A stretch of 64,000 bases of DNA from an uncultured Thermotogae bacterium (GTDB taxonomy: Bacteria; Bipolaricaulota; Bipolaricaulia; RBG-16-55-9; JAJCYT01), in the NCBI GenBank assembly GCA_964572855.1, contig CAZNGF010000004.1, positions 3,497-67,496 of the forward strand, in the 5' to 3' direction. The notes under the pieces were generated by a model that had not been told where the DNA came from, did not search any database, and worked only from the letters and a program-made list of their open reading frames with translations. Below are positions 1 through 9,197 of the stretch, one piece after another. Numbering within the stretch: position 1 is the stretch's first letter; every line of letters starts with the position of its first letter. Both the position numbers and the translations under genes were made by a program.

Positions 1-358
1 CATCCACCCGCAGGCCGTCATCCCGCTGCGCCTGGGGCGGCGCGTCGTGGCCGAGGGGGCGGTGACGGGCATCATGGCCTTCGCCGTGCTCTACGTCTCG
101 ACCTTTGCGATCGGGAGCGTGCTGTTGCTGTTGGACGCCCAGCGCGCCGGGCTCGAGCTGAGCGTGCTGGAGGGCGTGAGCGCGGCGGCCTCGACGCTGG
201 GCAACGTGGGCCCGGCCTTCGGAATCGCCGGTCCCATGGCTTCGTATGCCGCCTTCCCGGACAGCTCGAAGCTCATCATGGTCTTTTTGATGTGGGCGGG
301 CCGGCTGGAGCTGTTCCCCGTGCTCGTCCTGTTCACGCGCGGCTACTGGACGCGGTAG
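1..358 (+). CDS. Trk/Ktr-type potassium uptake protein, C-terminal part (5' end outside window)
   Basis: ORF runs from window edge; C-terminal GRLELFPVLVLF...YWTR is typical of TrkH/KtrB C-termini. Confidence 0.65.
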   Translation, partial: IHPQAVIPLRLGRRVVAEGAVTGIMAFAVLYVSTFAIGSVLLLLDAQRAGLELSVLEGVSAAASTLGNVGPAFGIAGPMASYAAFPDSSKLIMVFLMWAGRLELFPVLVLFTRGYWTR

Positions 359-408
359 CGTCACAGCGCCACCTTACCTTCCAAGAGGAACGCTCCCCTT
401 TCTGCTTT

Positions 409-2067
409 CTAGCCACCCGTCCCGCGCCGTTCGCTCCAGCGCTGGACCAGCGGGACGCGCCGCCCGGAGCCAAACGCCTTGGGCGAGACGCGCAGGATGG
501 GCGGAGCCTGGCGGCGCTTGTGCTCGGCGCGGTCGACCAGTTGGAGCACGCGCCGGACGAGTTCGGGTCCGTGACCGGCCGCGGCGATTTGTTGCGCGGA
601 TTCGCCCCGCTCGATGTAGCGCCGCAGCACGTCGTCCAGCACCTCGTAGGGCGGGAGCGTGTCGGTGTCCTTCTGATCGGGGCGCAGCTCGGCGGATGGG
701 GGCTTGCTGAGCACGGGCTCGGGGATGAGCGCCCGTCCGGCGCGGGCGTTGAGGTGGCGTGCAAGGGCGTAGACGTCCGTCTTGTACAGGTCTCCGATCG
801 GCGCCAGCCCCCCGGCCATGTCGCCGTAGAGCGTGGCGTAGCCCACCGCCAGCTCGCTCTTGTTGCCGCAGGCCAGCACGAGCCCGTCGAACTTGTTGGC
901 CAACGCCATCAGGATCGTCCCGCGCGCCCGCGCCTGCAGGTTCTCCTCGGCAGCGCCCGGCGCCGTGCCCGCAAACGCCGGCGCGAGCGCGGCCTCGAAC
1001 CCCTTGAACGGCGCTTCAAGCGAAATCGAATCAAACGCGATCCCCAGGTTTTCGGCCAGCTGGCGGGCGTCGTCCCGGCTCCCCTGCGAGGAGTAGCGGC
1101 TCGGCAGGCTCACGCCCAGCACGCGTTCGGGGCCGAAGGCTTCCGCCGCCAGCGCGGCGGCCAGCGACGAGTCCACCCCGCCGCTCAGGCCCAGGATGGC
1201 GCGCCGGAACGCGCCTGTCTTGCGGTCGTAGTCCCGCAACCCCAACACGAGCGCGCGGCGGAGCTGTTCGACCTCCGCAAGCGTCTCAAACGCCCGGGGC
1301 GTGGGTGCGTCCAGGTCGACGAGCCCCAACGCCTCCTCGAACGCCGGCAGCGCGAGCCAACAGCGCCCGTCGGGCCCGAAGACGCGGCTGGACCCGTCGA
1401 AGACGAGCTCGGCGTTGGCCCCGACCTGGTTGGCCATAGCCACCGGGACGTTGTGCTTGCGCGCGAGCCCGGCCAGCAGCGCGTCGCGTTCTTCGATCTT
1501 GCCGCGCGAGCAGGGCGAGGCCGAGACGTTGAGCAACAGCTCGGCGCCGCGCGCGGCCAGCTCACCCGGCGGGTCGGCCTCGTAGGGGCGTACCAAGGAC
1601 GTGGCGGCGTTCCAGATGTCCTCACAGACCGTGAGGCCGAGCTTCCGTCCCGCGAGCGTCAGCGGCGCGGCGGCCGGGCCGGGGGCGAAGTGGCGTCGTT
1701 CGTCGAACACGTCGTAGGTGGGCAGCAACCGTTTGGGAACGGTCGCGAGGCGCTTGCCGTCGCGCAGGGCGACGGCCGCGTTGTAGAGGGGTTTTTCGTC
1801 GCGTTCGGGGTTCGGAACGGGGGCACCGAGCACGACCGTGATCCCGTGCAACCGGCGCTGGAGCCGGTCGAGCTGGACGCGGACCGCGACCTGGAAGTCG
1901 GCGCGTTCGAGCAGGTCGTGCGGGGGATAGCCCGTGAGCGCGAGCTCGGGAAAGAGCGCGAGTTCAGCCCCCCGCTCGCGCGCCCGCCCGGCCCACTCGG
2001 CGATCCGTTCGGCGTTGCCCCCCAGCTCGCCGACCGTGGGGTTGAACTGGATCAGGGCGAGCTTCAC
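409..2067 (-). CDS. nadE: glutamine-dependent NAD+ synthetase (nitrilase domain + NAD synthase domain)
   Basis: 552 aa; N-terminal CN-hydrolase region (LALFPELALTGYPPHDLL) and C-terminal PP-loop SGGVDSS motif; GTG start. Confidence 0.9.
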   Translation of the reverse strand: MKLALIQFNPTVGELGGNAERIAEWAGRARERGAELALFPELALTGYPPHDLLERADFQVAVRVQLDRLQRRLHGITVVLGAPVPNPERDEKPLYNAAVALRDGKRLATVPKRLLPTYDVFDERRHFAPGPAAAPLTLAGRKLGLTVCEDIWNAATSLVRPYEADPPGELAARGAELLLNVSASPCSRGKIEERDALLAGLARKHNVPVAMANQVGANAELVFDGSSRVFGPDGRCWLALPAFEEALGLVDLDAPTPRAFETLAEVEQLRRALVLGLRDYDRKTGAFRRAILGLSGGVDSSLAAALAAEAFGPERVLGVSLPSRYSSQGSRDDARQLAENLGIAFDSISLEAPFKGFEAALAPAFAGTAPGAAEENLQARARGTILMALANKFDGLVLACGNKSELAVGYATLYGDMAGGLAPIGDLYKTDVYALARHLNARAGRALIPEPVLSKPPSAELRPDQKDTDTLPPYEVLDDVLRRYIERGESAQQIAAAGHGPELVRRVLQLVDRAEHKRRQAPPILRVSPKAFGSGRRVPLVQRWSERRGTGG

Positions 2068-2131
2068 GCGGCGCTCTTCGGTCGAATCGTCACGCGCGGG
2101 CTGCGCTCATGGCCGGGACGCGTGGGGGTCA

Positions 2132-2455
2132 GTGGCCCCCGCAGCCGCAGCCGCCGTTGCCCTCGAACTGCGCCTCGTTGGGGTTCTCGATGTAGAAGCC
2201 CTCGCCGTGCTCGCCGACCGTGTAGTCGATCTTCGCGCCCGCCAACAGCGCGCCGCTGTTGGGGTCGACGTAGAAGCTCACGCCGTCGTGTTCGAGCACG
2301 GTGTCCTTCTCGTCGGCGTTCTCGGCCAGGAAGAAGCCGTACTGCAGCGAACAACACCCCGACTGGGCCACGACCCGCAAGCCGTAGTCTTCTTTTTCCT
2401 CCTGCTTGAGATAGTCCTTGACCGCGGTAACGGCTTTGTCCGTGATGGTGATCAT
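2132..2455 (-). CDS. iron-sulfur cluster insertion protein, IscA/ErpA (HesB) family
   Basis: 108 aa from MITITDKAV with GGAG 9 nt upstream; C-terminal GGCGCGG cysteine motif; upstream part of listed ORF (2456-2827) is non-coding. Confidence 0.8.
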
Positions 2456-2567
2456 GTCGCGATCACTCCTTTCTCGGGGGCATCTTACTCGCCGCGCCGC
2501 GGACGCGCAATCGCTCGGCGGCCGCAAGCGCCCTTTGCAAGCCGATAACCCGGACGGGCCTTTGCCC

Positions 2568-2596
2568 TTGACCGGGGCCGGACGCCGGGCTAAAGT
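2568..2596 (+). promoter_or_regulatory. sigma70-like promoter (TTGACC-17-TAAAGT) reading into the DnaA-box region
   Basis: TTGACC at ~2568, TAAAGT at ~2591, 17-nt spacer. Confidence 0.4.
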
Positions 2597-2617
2597 GGGC
2601 CCCTTCGTGGGGTGTAT

Positions 2618-2885
2618 CTTTGACAAATGGATGAAATTGAGAATCTTTGTCAATTCCAGCCTGTTGAAAACTTGTTGAAAACCCCCCGTCCGCCTGTTGA
2701 AAACTTGTTGAAAACTACCCCCTTGGTTGTGGAAAACCCCTGTTGAAAAGTTTGGCGCCGAGTTTTCCACAGGGGTTTTCCACAGGCAAGCCCGAGTTTT
2801 CCACAGGTTTTCCACAGGGTTTTCCACAGGCTACAGGGCAGGAAAACCCGCAAGGAAAACGAAATCGTCCGAGTTTTCAACAGGT
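2618..2885. other. DnaA-box cluster with adjacent AT-rich stretch; candidate oriC or DnaA-binding regulatory site
   Basis: five tandem direct TTTTCCACA (within GTTTTCCACAGG) at ~2763-2828, one inverted copy (TGTGGAAAAC ~2728), five TGTTGAAAAC variants (~2662-2750) and GTTTTCAACAGG at ~2872; AT-rich 2620-2660 with two ATCTTTGnCAAwT 13-mer-like repeats. Confidence 0.6.
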
Positions 2886-2965
2886 AGGCCGCTCCCTACT
2901 ACAACGACTACAAGATATATGTTTTCAAAGACGGTCGTTTTCGTAGGGCGTCCCAAACCGATCCG

Positions 2966-2994
2966 TTGACGGGCCCTCGAAACGGGGGTAGACT
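2966..2994 (+). promoter_or_regulatory. sigma70-like promoter of recF (TTGACG-17-TAGACT)
   Basis: hexamers ~2966 and ~2989, 17-nt spacer, about 15 nt upstream of recF ATG with GGGGGA Shine-Dalgarno. Confidence 0.45.
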
Positions 2995-3010
2995 CGCCCG
3001 GGGGGACGCG

Positions 3011-4108
3011 ATGAAGCTGTCCAAACTCACGCTCAAGAACTTTCGCAATCTGGAACCCCTCACCCTCGTTCCGGACGAGAGCCTGAACCTGATCGTCGGG
3101 GCCAACGCCTCGGGCAAGACCAACCTGTGCGAGGCCATCGTCTACGCCTCGCGCGGCAGTCTGCTCAAGGGCGAGCGCCAGCGCGAGCTCATCCGCTGGG
3201 ACGAGGCCTGGAGCACGCTCGACGCCGAGGTGGGCTCGGACCAGATCCGCATCGTCTTGAACGGGTCCGACCGCGGAAAGCAGATCACGCTCAGCGGCGA
3301 GTCCGTCACGCACGGCAAGCTGTTCGAGGTGTTCAAGGTCGTGCTGTTCACCCCGGACGACCTGCAGGTCGTCAAGGGAAGCCCGTCGGCTCGGCGCCGG
3401 CTGCTGGACGGCGGGATCGCCGAGCTGTTCCGCTCGCACCGGGGCAACCTGCAGGCCTACGAGCAGGTCGTGCGGCGCAAGAACATCCTGCTAAGCCGCG
3501 AGCGGATCGACCCCGAGCTGCTGGCGGTGTACAACGCCGAGCTGGTCAAGCGCGGGGCCAAGCTGGTTGAAACCCGGCTCAAGTATCTGGACGCGCTCAA
3601 CCGGCACGTGGCGCGCATCCACGCCGAGCTGAGCCGCCCCGCCGGCGAGCTGACGCTGTGCTACGACAGCGAGCTTGACTACGGCGCGGAGCACACCCTG
3701 GAACCGCTCGAACACGGCGTGCATCAACGCCAGCCCCAAGAGCGCCGGCGCGGTTTGAGCCTGATCGGTCCGCACCGCGACGACCTGCGCTTTTCGCTCG
3801 AGGGGATGGACCTACGCCGCTACGGCTCGCAGGGCCAGCAGAAGACCGCGCTCATCGCGACCAAGTTCGCCCAGCTCGAGCTGTTTCGCGAGCAGGTCGG
3901 CGAATACCCCGTGCTCGTGCTCGACGACGTCTTAAGCGAGCTCGACCCCGAGCGCACCCGGCTCTTGCTGGACCACCTGCCGCAGGGGTTGCAGCTGTTC
4001 CTGACCGAGACCGCGCTGAGCGCGCCGCTGGCCGCGCGCGCCGGCAAGGTGTTCCAAGTGGCGCACGGGGGCGTGCGCGAGCTCGACAAGGAGGGCGCGT
4101 GCAGCTGA
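3011..4108 (+). CDS. recF: DNA replication and repair protein RecF
   Basis: Walker A GANASGKTN, RecF signature GSQGQQKT, Walker B VLVLDDV; start at MKLSKLTL inside longer listed ORF. Confidence 0.9.
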   Translation: MKLSKLTLKNFRNLEPLTLVPDESLNLIVGANASGKTNLCEAIVYASRGSLLKGERQRELIRWDEAWSTLDAEVGSDQIRIVLNGSDRGKQITLSGESVTHGKLFEVFKVVLFTPDDLQVVKGSPSARRRLLDGGIAELFRSHRGNLQAYEQVVRRKNILLSRERIDPELLAVYNAELVKRGAKLVETRLKYLDALNRHVARIHAELSRPAGELTLCYDSELDYGAEHTLEPLEHGVHQRQPQERRRGLSLIGPHRDDLRFSLEGMDLRRYGSQGQQKTALIATKFAQLELFREQVGEYPVLVLDDVLSELDPERTRLLLDHLPQGLQLFLTETALSAPLAARAGKVFQVAHGGVRELDKEGACS

Positions 4109-4644
4109 GCGAGCTCGAACGCCTGTTCGCCCGCTACGGCCTGCGCGACGAGTTCCGCCGCCAGGAGGCGCTCTTCCTCTGGCCTCAGGTGGCCGGGGAG
4201 CGCATCAGCCGCCTCTGTTCGGCCCAGCACGTGAGCGGGGGCGTGCTCTACGTCCAGGTGGCCAACCACGTCTACGCCCAGGAGCTGACCGCGCTGCGCG
4301 AGACCTACCTGGAGCGCCTGAACGCGCGCCTGCAGGAGCCGCTCAGCGAGATCCGCTTCAGGGTGGCGTCGGTGTCGGCGCCCCCCCCGCCCAAGCCGCC
4401 GCTGCCCTCGACCGAGGGGGTCGCGCTCGACGAGGCCGAGCGCGGCGAGGCCGAGGGAGCCGCCGACTCGGTACAGGACCCGAAGCTGCGCGGCGCGTTC
4501 GCGCGCTACTTCGCGACGCTGCGCCGGCTCGAAAAGCTCAAGGCCGAGCACACCGACGAGCGCCGCTGCCCGGTCTGCGGGCTGCACCACGACGGCCCCG
4601 AGGCGCGCTGCGCCTTCTGCCGCCTGGAAGGACGGGAAGCCTGA
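4099..4644 (+). CDS. DUF721 (DciA-like) protein with C-terminal CxxC...CxxC zinc ribbon
   Basis: 10-nt overlap with recF stop, strong AAGGAGGG SD, GTG start; DUF721 genes classically follow recF; CPVCG...CAFCR motif. Confidence 0.7.
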   Translation: MQLSELERLFARYGLRDEFRRQEALFLWPQVAGERISRLCSAQHVSGGVLYVQVANHVYAQELTALRETYLERLNARLQEPLSEIRFRVASVSAPPPPKPPLPSTEGVALDEAERGEAEGAADSVQDPKLRGAFARYFATLRRLEKLKAEHTDERRCPVCGLHHDGPEARCAFCRLEGREA

Positions 4645-5801
4645 TGCGCATCGGGCTCTTTTCGGACACCTACGCGCCCCAGATCAACGGGGTCTCGACC
4701 GTGGTCCAGCTCATGGCGCGCGAGTTCGACGCGCTCGGCCACGAGTCGTTCGTGTTCGCGCCCGGCTATCCCGAGCGGCTGGTCGAGCCGTGCGACCGGG
4801 TGTGGCGCTTCCCGTCGCGGCCGGTGCGTTTCCACCCCGAGAGCCGGCTCACCTGGCCCTACCGCCGCAAGGTGCCCAAGGTGCTCTCCGCGCTCGACGT
4901 CGTCCACAGCCACACGCCGTTTTCGCTGGGGCTGCTGGCGCTCTGGGCCGCGCCCCATTACCGTCTCCCGCACGTGCACACCTACCACACGTTCTTCACG
5001 GAGTACCTGCACTACCTGCCGCGCGCCATCCGCCCCTCCAAGGCCGTGGCCCAGCGCGCCAGCCGCGCGTTCTGCGACCGCTGCGACCTCGTGCTGGCCC
5101 CCTCGGCCGAGATGAAGGCCGAGCTCGAGCGCTACGGGCTCCACACCCCCGTGCGGGCCATGCCGTTCGGGATCGATCTGGAGGCGTTCCAGGGCGAAAT
5201 CCGTTTCGACCTGCGGGCCGAGCTCGGGCTCGCGCCCGACGCCCGCCTGCTGCTGACCGCGGGCCGGCTCGGTCCCGAGAAGAACTTCGGTTTTCTCTTG
5301 AAGGCGTTTTCCGAGGTCCACCGGCGCGTGCCCCAAGCCGTGCTCGCGTTCGCGGGCGACGGCCCCTCGCGTCCCCAGCTCGAAGCGCAAGCGGCCTCCC
5401 TGGGACTGAGCGCGGCCGTGCACTTCCTGGGCTACGTCGAGCGCGCGCGCCTGGCGGACTACTACCGCGCCGCCGAACTGTTCGTGTTTGCCTCCAAGAC
5501 CGAGACCCAGGGCATCGTGCTGCTCGAGGCGCAGGCCGCCGGCACGCCCCCGGTGGCCGTGGGCGCGATGGGGACGCTGGACGTCGTGGCCGATCGTCGC
5601 AGCGGGCGGCTCGTGCCCGAAGACCGGGAGGCGTTCGCCGCGGCGGTCGTTTCGCTGTTGACCGACGAGCCCGCGCGCCGTCAGCTGGCCGCGGGCGCGC
5701 GGGCACAGGCCGCCGAGCACAGCGCCCGCCGCAGCTGCGAGGCGCTGCTGGATCTGTACCAACGGCTGCTGGGGGAGGGCATGGCCCCCGGCGTGAATTG
5801 A
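4644..5801 (+). CDS. glycosyltransferase, GT4 (family 1) type
   Basis: 385 aa; N-terminal MRIGLFSDTYAPQINGVSTVV and C-terminal E-x7-E region typical of GT4; TGATG overlap with upstream gene. Confidence 0.8.
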   Translation: MRIGLFSDTYAPQINGVSTVVQLMAREFDALGHESFVFAPGYPERLVEPCDRVWRFPSRPVRFHPESRLTWPYRRKVPKVLSALDVVHSHTPFSLGLLALWAAPHYRLPHVHTYHTFFTEYLHYLPRAIRPSKAVAQRASRAFCDRCDLVLAPSAEMKAELERYGLHTPVRAMPFGIDLEAFQGEIRFDLRAELGLAPDARLLLTAGRLGPEKNFGFLLKAFSEVHRRVPQAVLAFAGDGPSRPQLEAQAASLGLSAAVHFLGYVERARLADYYRAAELFVFASKTETQGIVLLEAQAAGTPPVAVGAMGTLDVVADRRSGRLVPEDREAFAAAVVSLLTDEPARRQLAAGARAQAAEHSARRSCEALLDLYQRLLGEGMAPGVN

Positions 5802-5817
5802 ACGCGAAAGGACACGC

Positions 5818-6804
5818 ATGAACGAGCAAAAACCCTCGCGCAACCTGGCCCTGGAGCTCGTGCGCGTCACCGAGGCCGCCGCGCTCTCGGCGGCGCACTT
5901 CATGGGCCGTGGCGACAAGGAGGCGGCCGACCAGGCCTCGGTGGACAGCATGCGCCTCATGCTCAACCGCATCGCGATGGACGCCGTCGTGGTCATCGGC
6001 GAGGGCGAGAAGGACGAGGCGCCCATGCTCTACTGCGGCGAGCGCCTCGGCACGGGCGCGCCCCCGCAGGTCGACATCGCGGTCGACCCCATCGACGGCA
6101 CGACGCCGCTGGCCAAGGGCCGCGACCACTCCATCGCCACGGCGGCGATCGCGCCGCGCGGGACGATGTTCGACCCCGGGCCGTTCGTCTACATGGACAA
6201 GGTCGCCGTCGGCCCCGAGTGCAAGGGCAAGATCGACATCGAGCGCCCGGTGGCCGACAACCTGAGCGTGATCGCGGGGGCGCTGGGCAAGCGCCCCGCC
6301 GACGTCACGGTCGTCATGCTCGACCGCCCGCGCCACGAGCGCTTGGTCGAGGAGGTGCGCCGCTGCGGCGCGCGCATCCGGCTCATCACCGACGGCGACG
6401 TGGCCGGCGCGCTCATGACGGCCTGGCCGGACTCGGGCATCGACGTGCTGCTGGGCGTGGGCGGCACGCCCGAGGGCGTGCTGGCGGCCTGCGCGCTGCG
6501 GGCCATGGGCGGCGAGATCCAAGGGAAACTCTACCCGCGCGACGACGAGGAACGCCGGCGCGGCCGCGAGCAGGGCTACGACTTCGATACAGTCCTGACC
6601 ATGAACGACCTGGTCTCCTCCGACGACGTCTTCTTCGCCGCCACCGGCATCACCGACGGCGAGCTGCTCAAGGGCGTCAAGTACGCCAGCGGCGGCGCGC
6701 GCACCGACAGCTTGGTCGTGCGCGGCCTCACCGGCACCGTGCGCCAGATCCTGGCCCGGCACCGGCTCGCCAAGCTCGACGAGATCAGCATGATCGACTA
6801 CTGA
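5818..6804 (+). CDS. glpX: fructose-1,6-bisphosphatase class II (GlpX family)
   Basis: 328 aa; conserved GlpX blocks (DAVVVIGEGEKDEAPML, DPIDGTT, GVGGTPEGV); AAAGGA SD. Confidence 0.9.
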   Translation: MNEQKPSRNLALELVRVTEAAALSAAHFMGRGDKEAADQASVDSMRLMLNRIAMDAVVVIGEGEKDEAPMLYCGERLGTGAPPQVDIAVDPIDGTTPLAKGRDHSIATAAIAPRGTMFDPGPFVYMDKVAVGPECKGKIDIERPVADNLSVIAGALGKRPADVTVVMLDRPRHERLVEEVRRCGARIRLITDGDVAGALMTAWPDSGIDVLLGVGGTPEGVLAACALRAMGGEIQGKLYPRDDEERRRGREQGYDFDTVLTMNDLVSSDDVFFAATGITDGELLKGVKYASGGARTDSLVVRGLTGTVRQILARHRLAKLDEISMIDY

Positions 6805-6882
6805 CGTTCATCCGTGTCTTGACCTTACAATGCGTGTATGATATGGTAATCAAGTCATCCCATACTTCTGAGGTTGAGTTAT

Positions 6883-7179
6883 ATGGATTCAGCAGCCCTG
6901 ATTGGTATCACCGCCATGGTTTCAGCCGTCCTGTGGAATGAGGTGGCTAAGAAGGTTTGCAGGAACACGCACGCCAGGGGCCGAATGACGGCGATGCTAG
7001 TAGGAGTCGTGATTTTGTACTTGACATCAAACTCTATTCCGCCTAAACAAGCCATCTACTTTGTGTTTTGGATTGCTGGCTGGATGTTCGTTTTTGCTCC
7101 CTTGAGCGATGTCATGGGTTGGGTCCGGGGGGGTCTGGCTGGAGGCCGATCAAGTGGCCGAGGGCGACAAAGAAGGTGA
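6883..7179 (+). CDS. hypothetical small membrane protein (lower-GC islet)
   Basis: ORF with GAGGT SD, two hydrophobic helices; local GC near 50%. Confidence 0.35.
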   Translation: MDSAALIGITAMVSAVLWNEVAKKVCRNTHARGRMTAMLVGVVILYLTSNSIPPKQAIYFVFWIAGWMFVFAPLSDVMGWVRGGLAGGRSSGRGRQRR

Positions 7180-7326
7180 CGACGACGGGAGATGTCGCCT
7201 ATGGCTCGCTTAGGCGGTGATGATCGCAGCGGGGATCATTTCCATTTTGATTTAGGAGCGAGGGCATGGTGCTTGCAAAGGAGTTTCGATCGGGAAGTGT
7301 CGTCCTAGCGGGAAGTTTCCTTTCTC

Positions 7327-7695
7327 TTGCTGTTGCCGAAGACACCCTGGGCTCTTGTGTTTGTTGCGCTCTTGATGGGATGGGCATTCGTTCCCGGTGC
7401 GTTTCGCAACGTGCTGGGGAGTTCAAGCTCCCTGGCCTCCAAAGCAACGGCATCCGCTGCGGTGTTGCACTTCCTGGGATTCTTGCTGTTTTTGTCCGGT
7501 TTGTTCCAGTTCAGCGGTCTCGAAACGCCGATCGTTTGGCTTTTCCTGTTTCTGGGGGGAGTCATATATGCGGGCAGCGCGCTGCCTCTGACAGAAAGAT
7601 CGAATGACCCGAAGGTCGCCTTGCAGCACTTCAGCAACGCCACCACGCTCGCTTTGCTCAGCCTCCTGTGGTTTTTGCTCGTGGTGCTAACTTGA
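7327..7695 (+). CDS. hypothetical membrane protein (4 predicted TM helices); frame choice uncertain
   Basis: four 18-22 aa hydrophobic stretches; an alternative overlapping ORF 7266-7607 has a stronger SD. Confidence 0.3.
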   Translation: MLLPKTPWALVFVALLMGWAFVPGAFRNVLGSSSSLASKATASAAVLHFLGFLLFLSGLFQFSGLETPIVWLFLFLGGVIYAGSALPLTERSNDPKVALQHFSNATTLALLSLLWFLLVVLT

Positions 7696-7713
7696 ATCGA
7701 TGAAGAAGGGGAG

Positions 7714-8451
7714 ATGATCAAGGTGTACATGCGGGCTCTTCTCGCAAGCTTCCTGGTCGGTGGCGTCGTTCTGCTGACCGCCTTCGCTCAAGAGGACGCT
7801 CTACGCGTCTGCCCCGAGGGCTGTCCGTTTGCGAGTGTCCAGGAGGCGATCGAACGGGCGGAAGCGGGGGCCGTGATTCGCGTGTTGCCGGGTACGTACC
7901 GGGAGTCCCTGCTCATCGACAAGGACGTGGCGTTGGAAGGGGAAGGGGCGGACCGGGTCGAACTCCGGGCCCCTGCCTCCGATGAGGCGGTCGTAACCAT
8001 TCGCACGCCGCAAGCAAGCGCCGGCGCGCCCCCCGTCGAGGTCGCGCTCTCCGGCTTCACCTTCGTCGGCGGGCAGACGGGCGTCGTGGTCGAACAGGCC
8101 AGCGTCGCGCTGCGCGACAACCGCTTCGTCGACAACCGCAACGGGGTCGACGCCTTCGGGTTCAACTTCGATTTGTGGGAGGTCGAGGCCGAATTTCACT
8201 TCGAGCGCAACCGGGTCGAGGGCAACGTCATCGGCGTGCATCTGGGCGAGCGGGCCGAGGCCGAGCTGGTCGAAAACGAGATTCTAGACAACCTCCACTA
8301 CGGCGTCGCCCTGACGCTGGAGGCCTGCTTTGGCTCCGTCCCCAGCCGTTTTGCCGGGGCCGTCAGCGGCCGGGACAATCGGGCCAGCGGGAACTGGCGC
8401 GGCGACTTCTGCCCTCCCGATTACCCCCTTCCCGAGGGGTTCTTCCGTTAG
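7714..8451 (+). CDS. secreted right-handed beta-helix repeat protein (NosD/pectin-lyase-like fold)
   Basis: signal peptide, repeated G-x-V-x-N-x units typical of parallel beta-helix; GAAGGGGAG SD. Confidence 0.55.
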   Translation: MIKVYMRALLASFLVGGVVLLTAFAQEDALRVCPEGCPFASVQEAIERAEAGAVIRVLPGTYRESLLIDKDVALEGEGADRVELRAPASDEAVVTIRTPQASAGAPPVEVALSGFTFVGGQTGVVVEQASVALRDNRFVDNRNGVDAFGFNFDLWEVEAEFHFERNRVEGNVIGVHLGERAEAELVENEILDNLHYGVALTLEACFGSVPSRFAGAVSGRDNRASGNWRGDFCPPDYPLPEGFFR

Positions 8452-8588
8452 CAACCGTAGGGATCCAATTCAATGGACCCGTCAGGGCGCGTTGTGCCTA
8501 TGCTCGCAAACCCTGTCCGCGTTCAAGCTTGCGCGTTATGATGGAACGAGAGTCCAAGGTTTTTGGAAATTCCCAAAGGAGGTTTTCG

Positions 8589-9197
8589 ATGAAAACCCTG
8601 CACGCGGCGTTCGCCGCGCTGGCCGCGCTCTTGTTGCTGGCCGCGCCCGCCCAAGCCCACACCGGTCACGGGGGCGTCCCGATTCCCTTTCGCGTGGTCC
8701 AGTCAACCCAGCCCGCCCAAGAGCAGGTCGTGGACGTGAGCCTCTTCGAGTGGGGCCTGACCCCGAGCGTCGTCGAGGTGGACGCCGGGACCGTGCGCTT
8801 TGTGGCCGCCAACGACGGCGCGGTGGGCCACGCCTTCAAGATCACCGGGAACGGCGTGGAGGCCGAGACCGAGGTGTTCCCGGCCGGCGAGGTCCGGGCG
8901 CTGACCGTCGAGTTGGCGCCGGGCGAATACGACCTTTGGTGCCCGGTGCCGGGCCACCGGGGCCTGGGGATGGAAGCCGGCTTCCGGGCTCTGGCGGGCG
9001 AGGCGCCCGAGCCGGGGCTCAGCATCGAGCGCGCCCTGGACGCAAACGACAACGCGCGGCTCGACGACGCCGAGATCGTGCGGGCCGTCGAGCTCTGGAT
9101 CGCCGGCGAGCCCGTCCCGGGCGCGGCGGCCGTGATCTCGGACGAGACCATGCTCGCCCTGATCCGGCTCTGGGCCACCGGGGGACCAATCGCTTAG
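8589..9197 (+). CDS. secreted type-1 (blue) copper protein, cupredoxin fold, with C-terminal Ca-loop (dockerin/EF-hand-like) module
   Basis: AAAGGAGG SD; signal peptide; ligand pattern GHAF ... CPVPGHRGLGM (His, Cys, His, Met); DANDNARLDDAE loop. Confidence 0.7.
   Translation: MKTLHAAFAALAALLLLAAPAQAHTGHGGVPIPFRVVQSTQPAQEQVVDVSLFEWGLTPSVVEVDAGTVRFVAANDGAVGHAFKITGNGVEAETEVFPAGEVRALTVELAPGEYDLWCPVPGHRGLGMEAGFRALAGEAPEPGLSIERALDANDNARLDDAEIVRAVELWIAGEPVPGAAAVISDETMLALIRLWATGGPIA

Noticed and set aside
292-2409. 705-aa plus-strand ORF antisense to nadE
   Set aside because: Low-complexity Arg/Ala/Pro-rich translation typical of a spurious open frame in about 70% GC DNA; nadE on the opposite strand has clear motifs. 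The same reasoning applies to 4506-6026(-), 4996-6762(-), 13483-15441(+), 22951-24296(+), 25071-26345(+) and similar overlapping frames.
2660-2885. CRISPR array
   Set aside because: Repeat units are 9-12 nt DnaA-box-like motifs with irregular spacing and mixed orientation, not 25-40-nt repeats with unique spacers; no cas genes are present.
7266-7607. Alternative Cys-rich ORF with strong AGGAG site overlapping the membrane-protein frame 7327-7695
   Set aside because: It could be the real gene instead. The two frames cannot both be real over their full length, so I kept the TM-rich frame at low confidence. The minus-strand ORF 7305-7730 is considered spurious.
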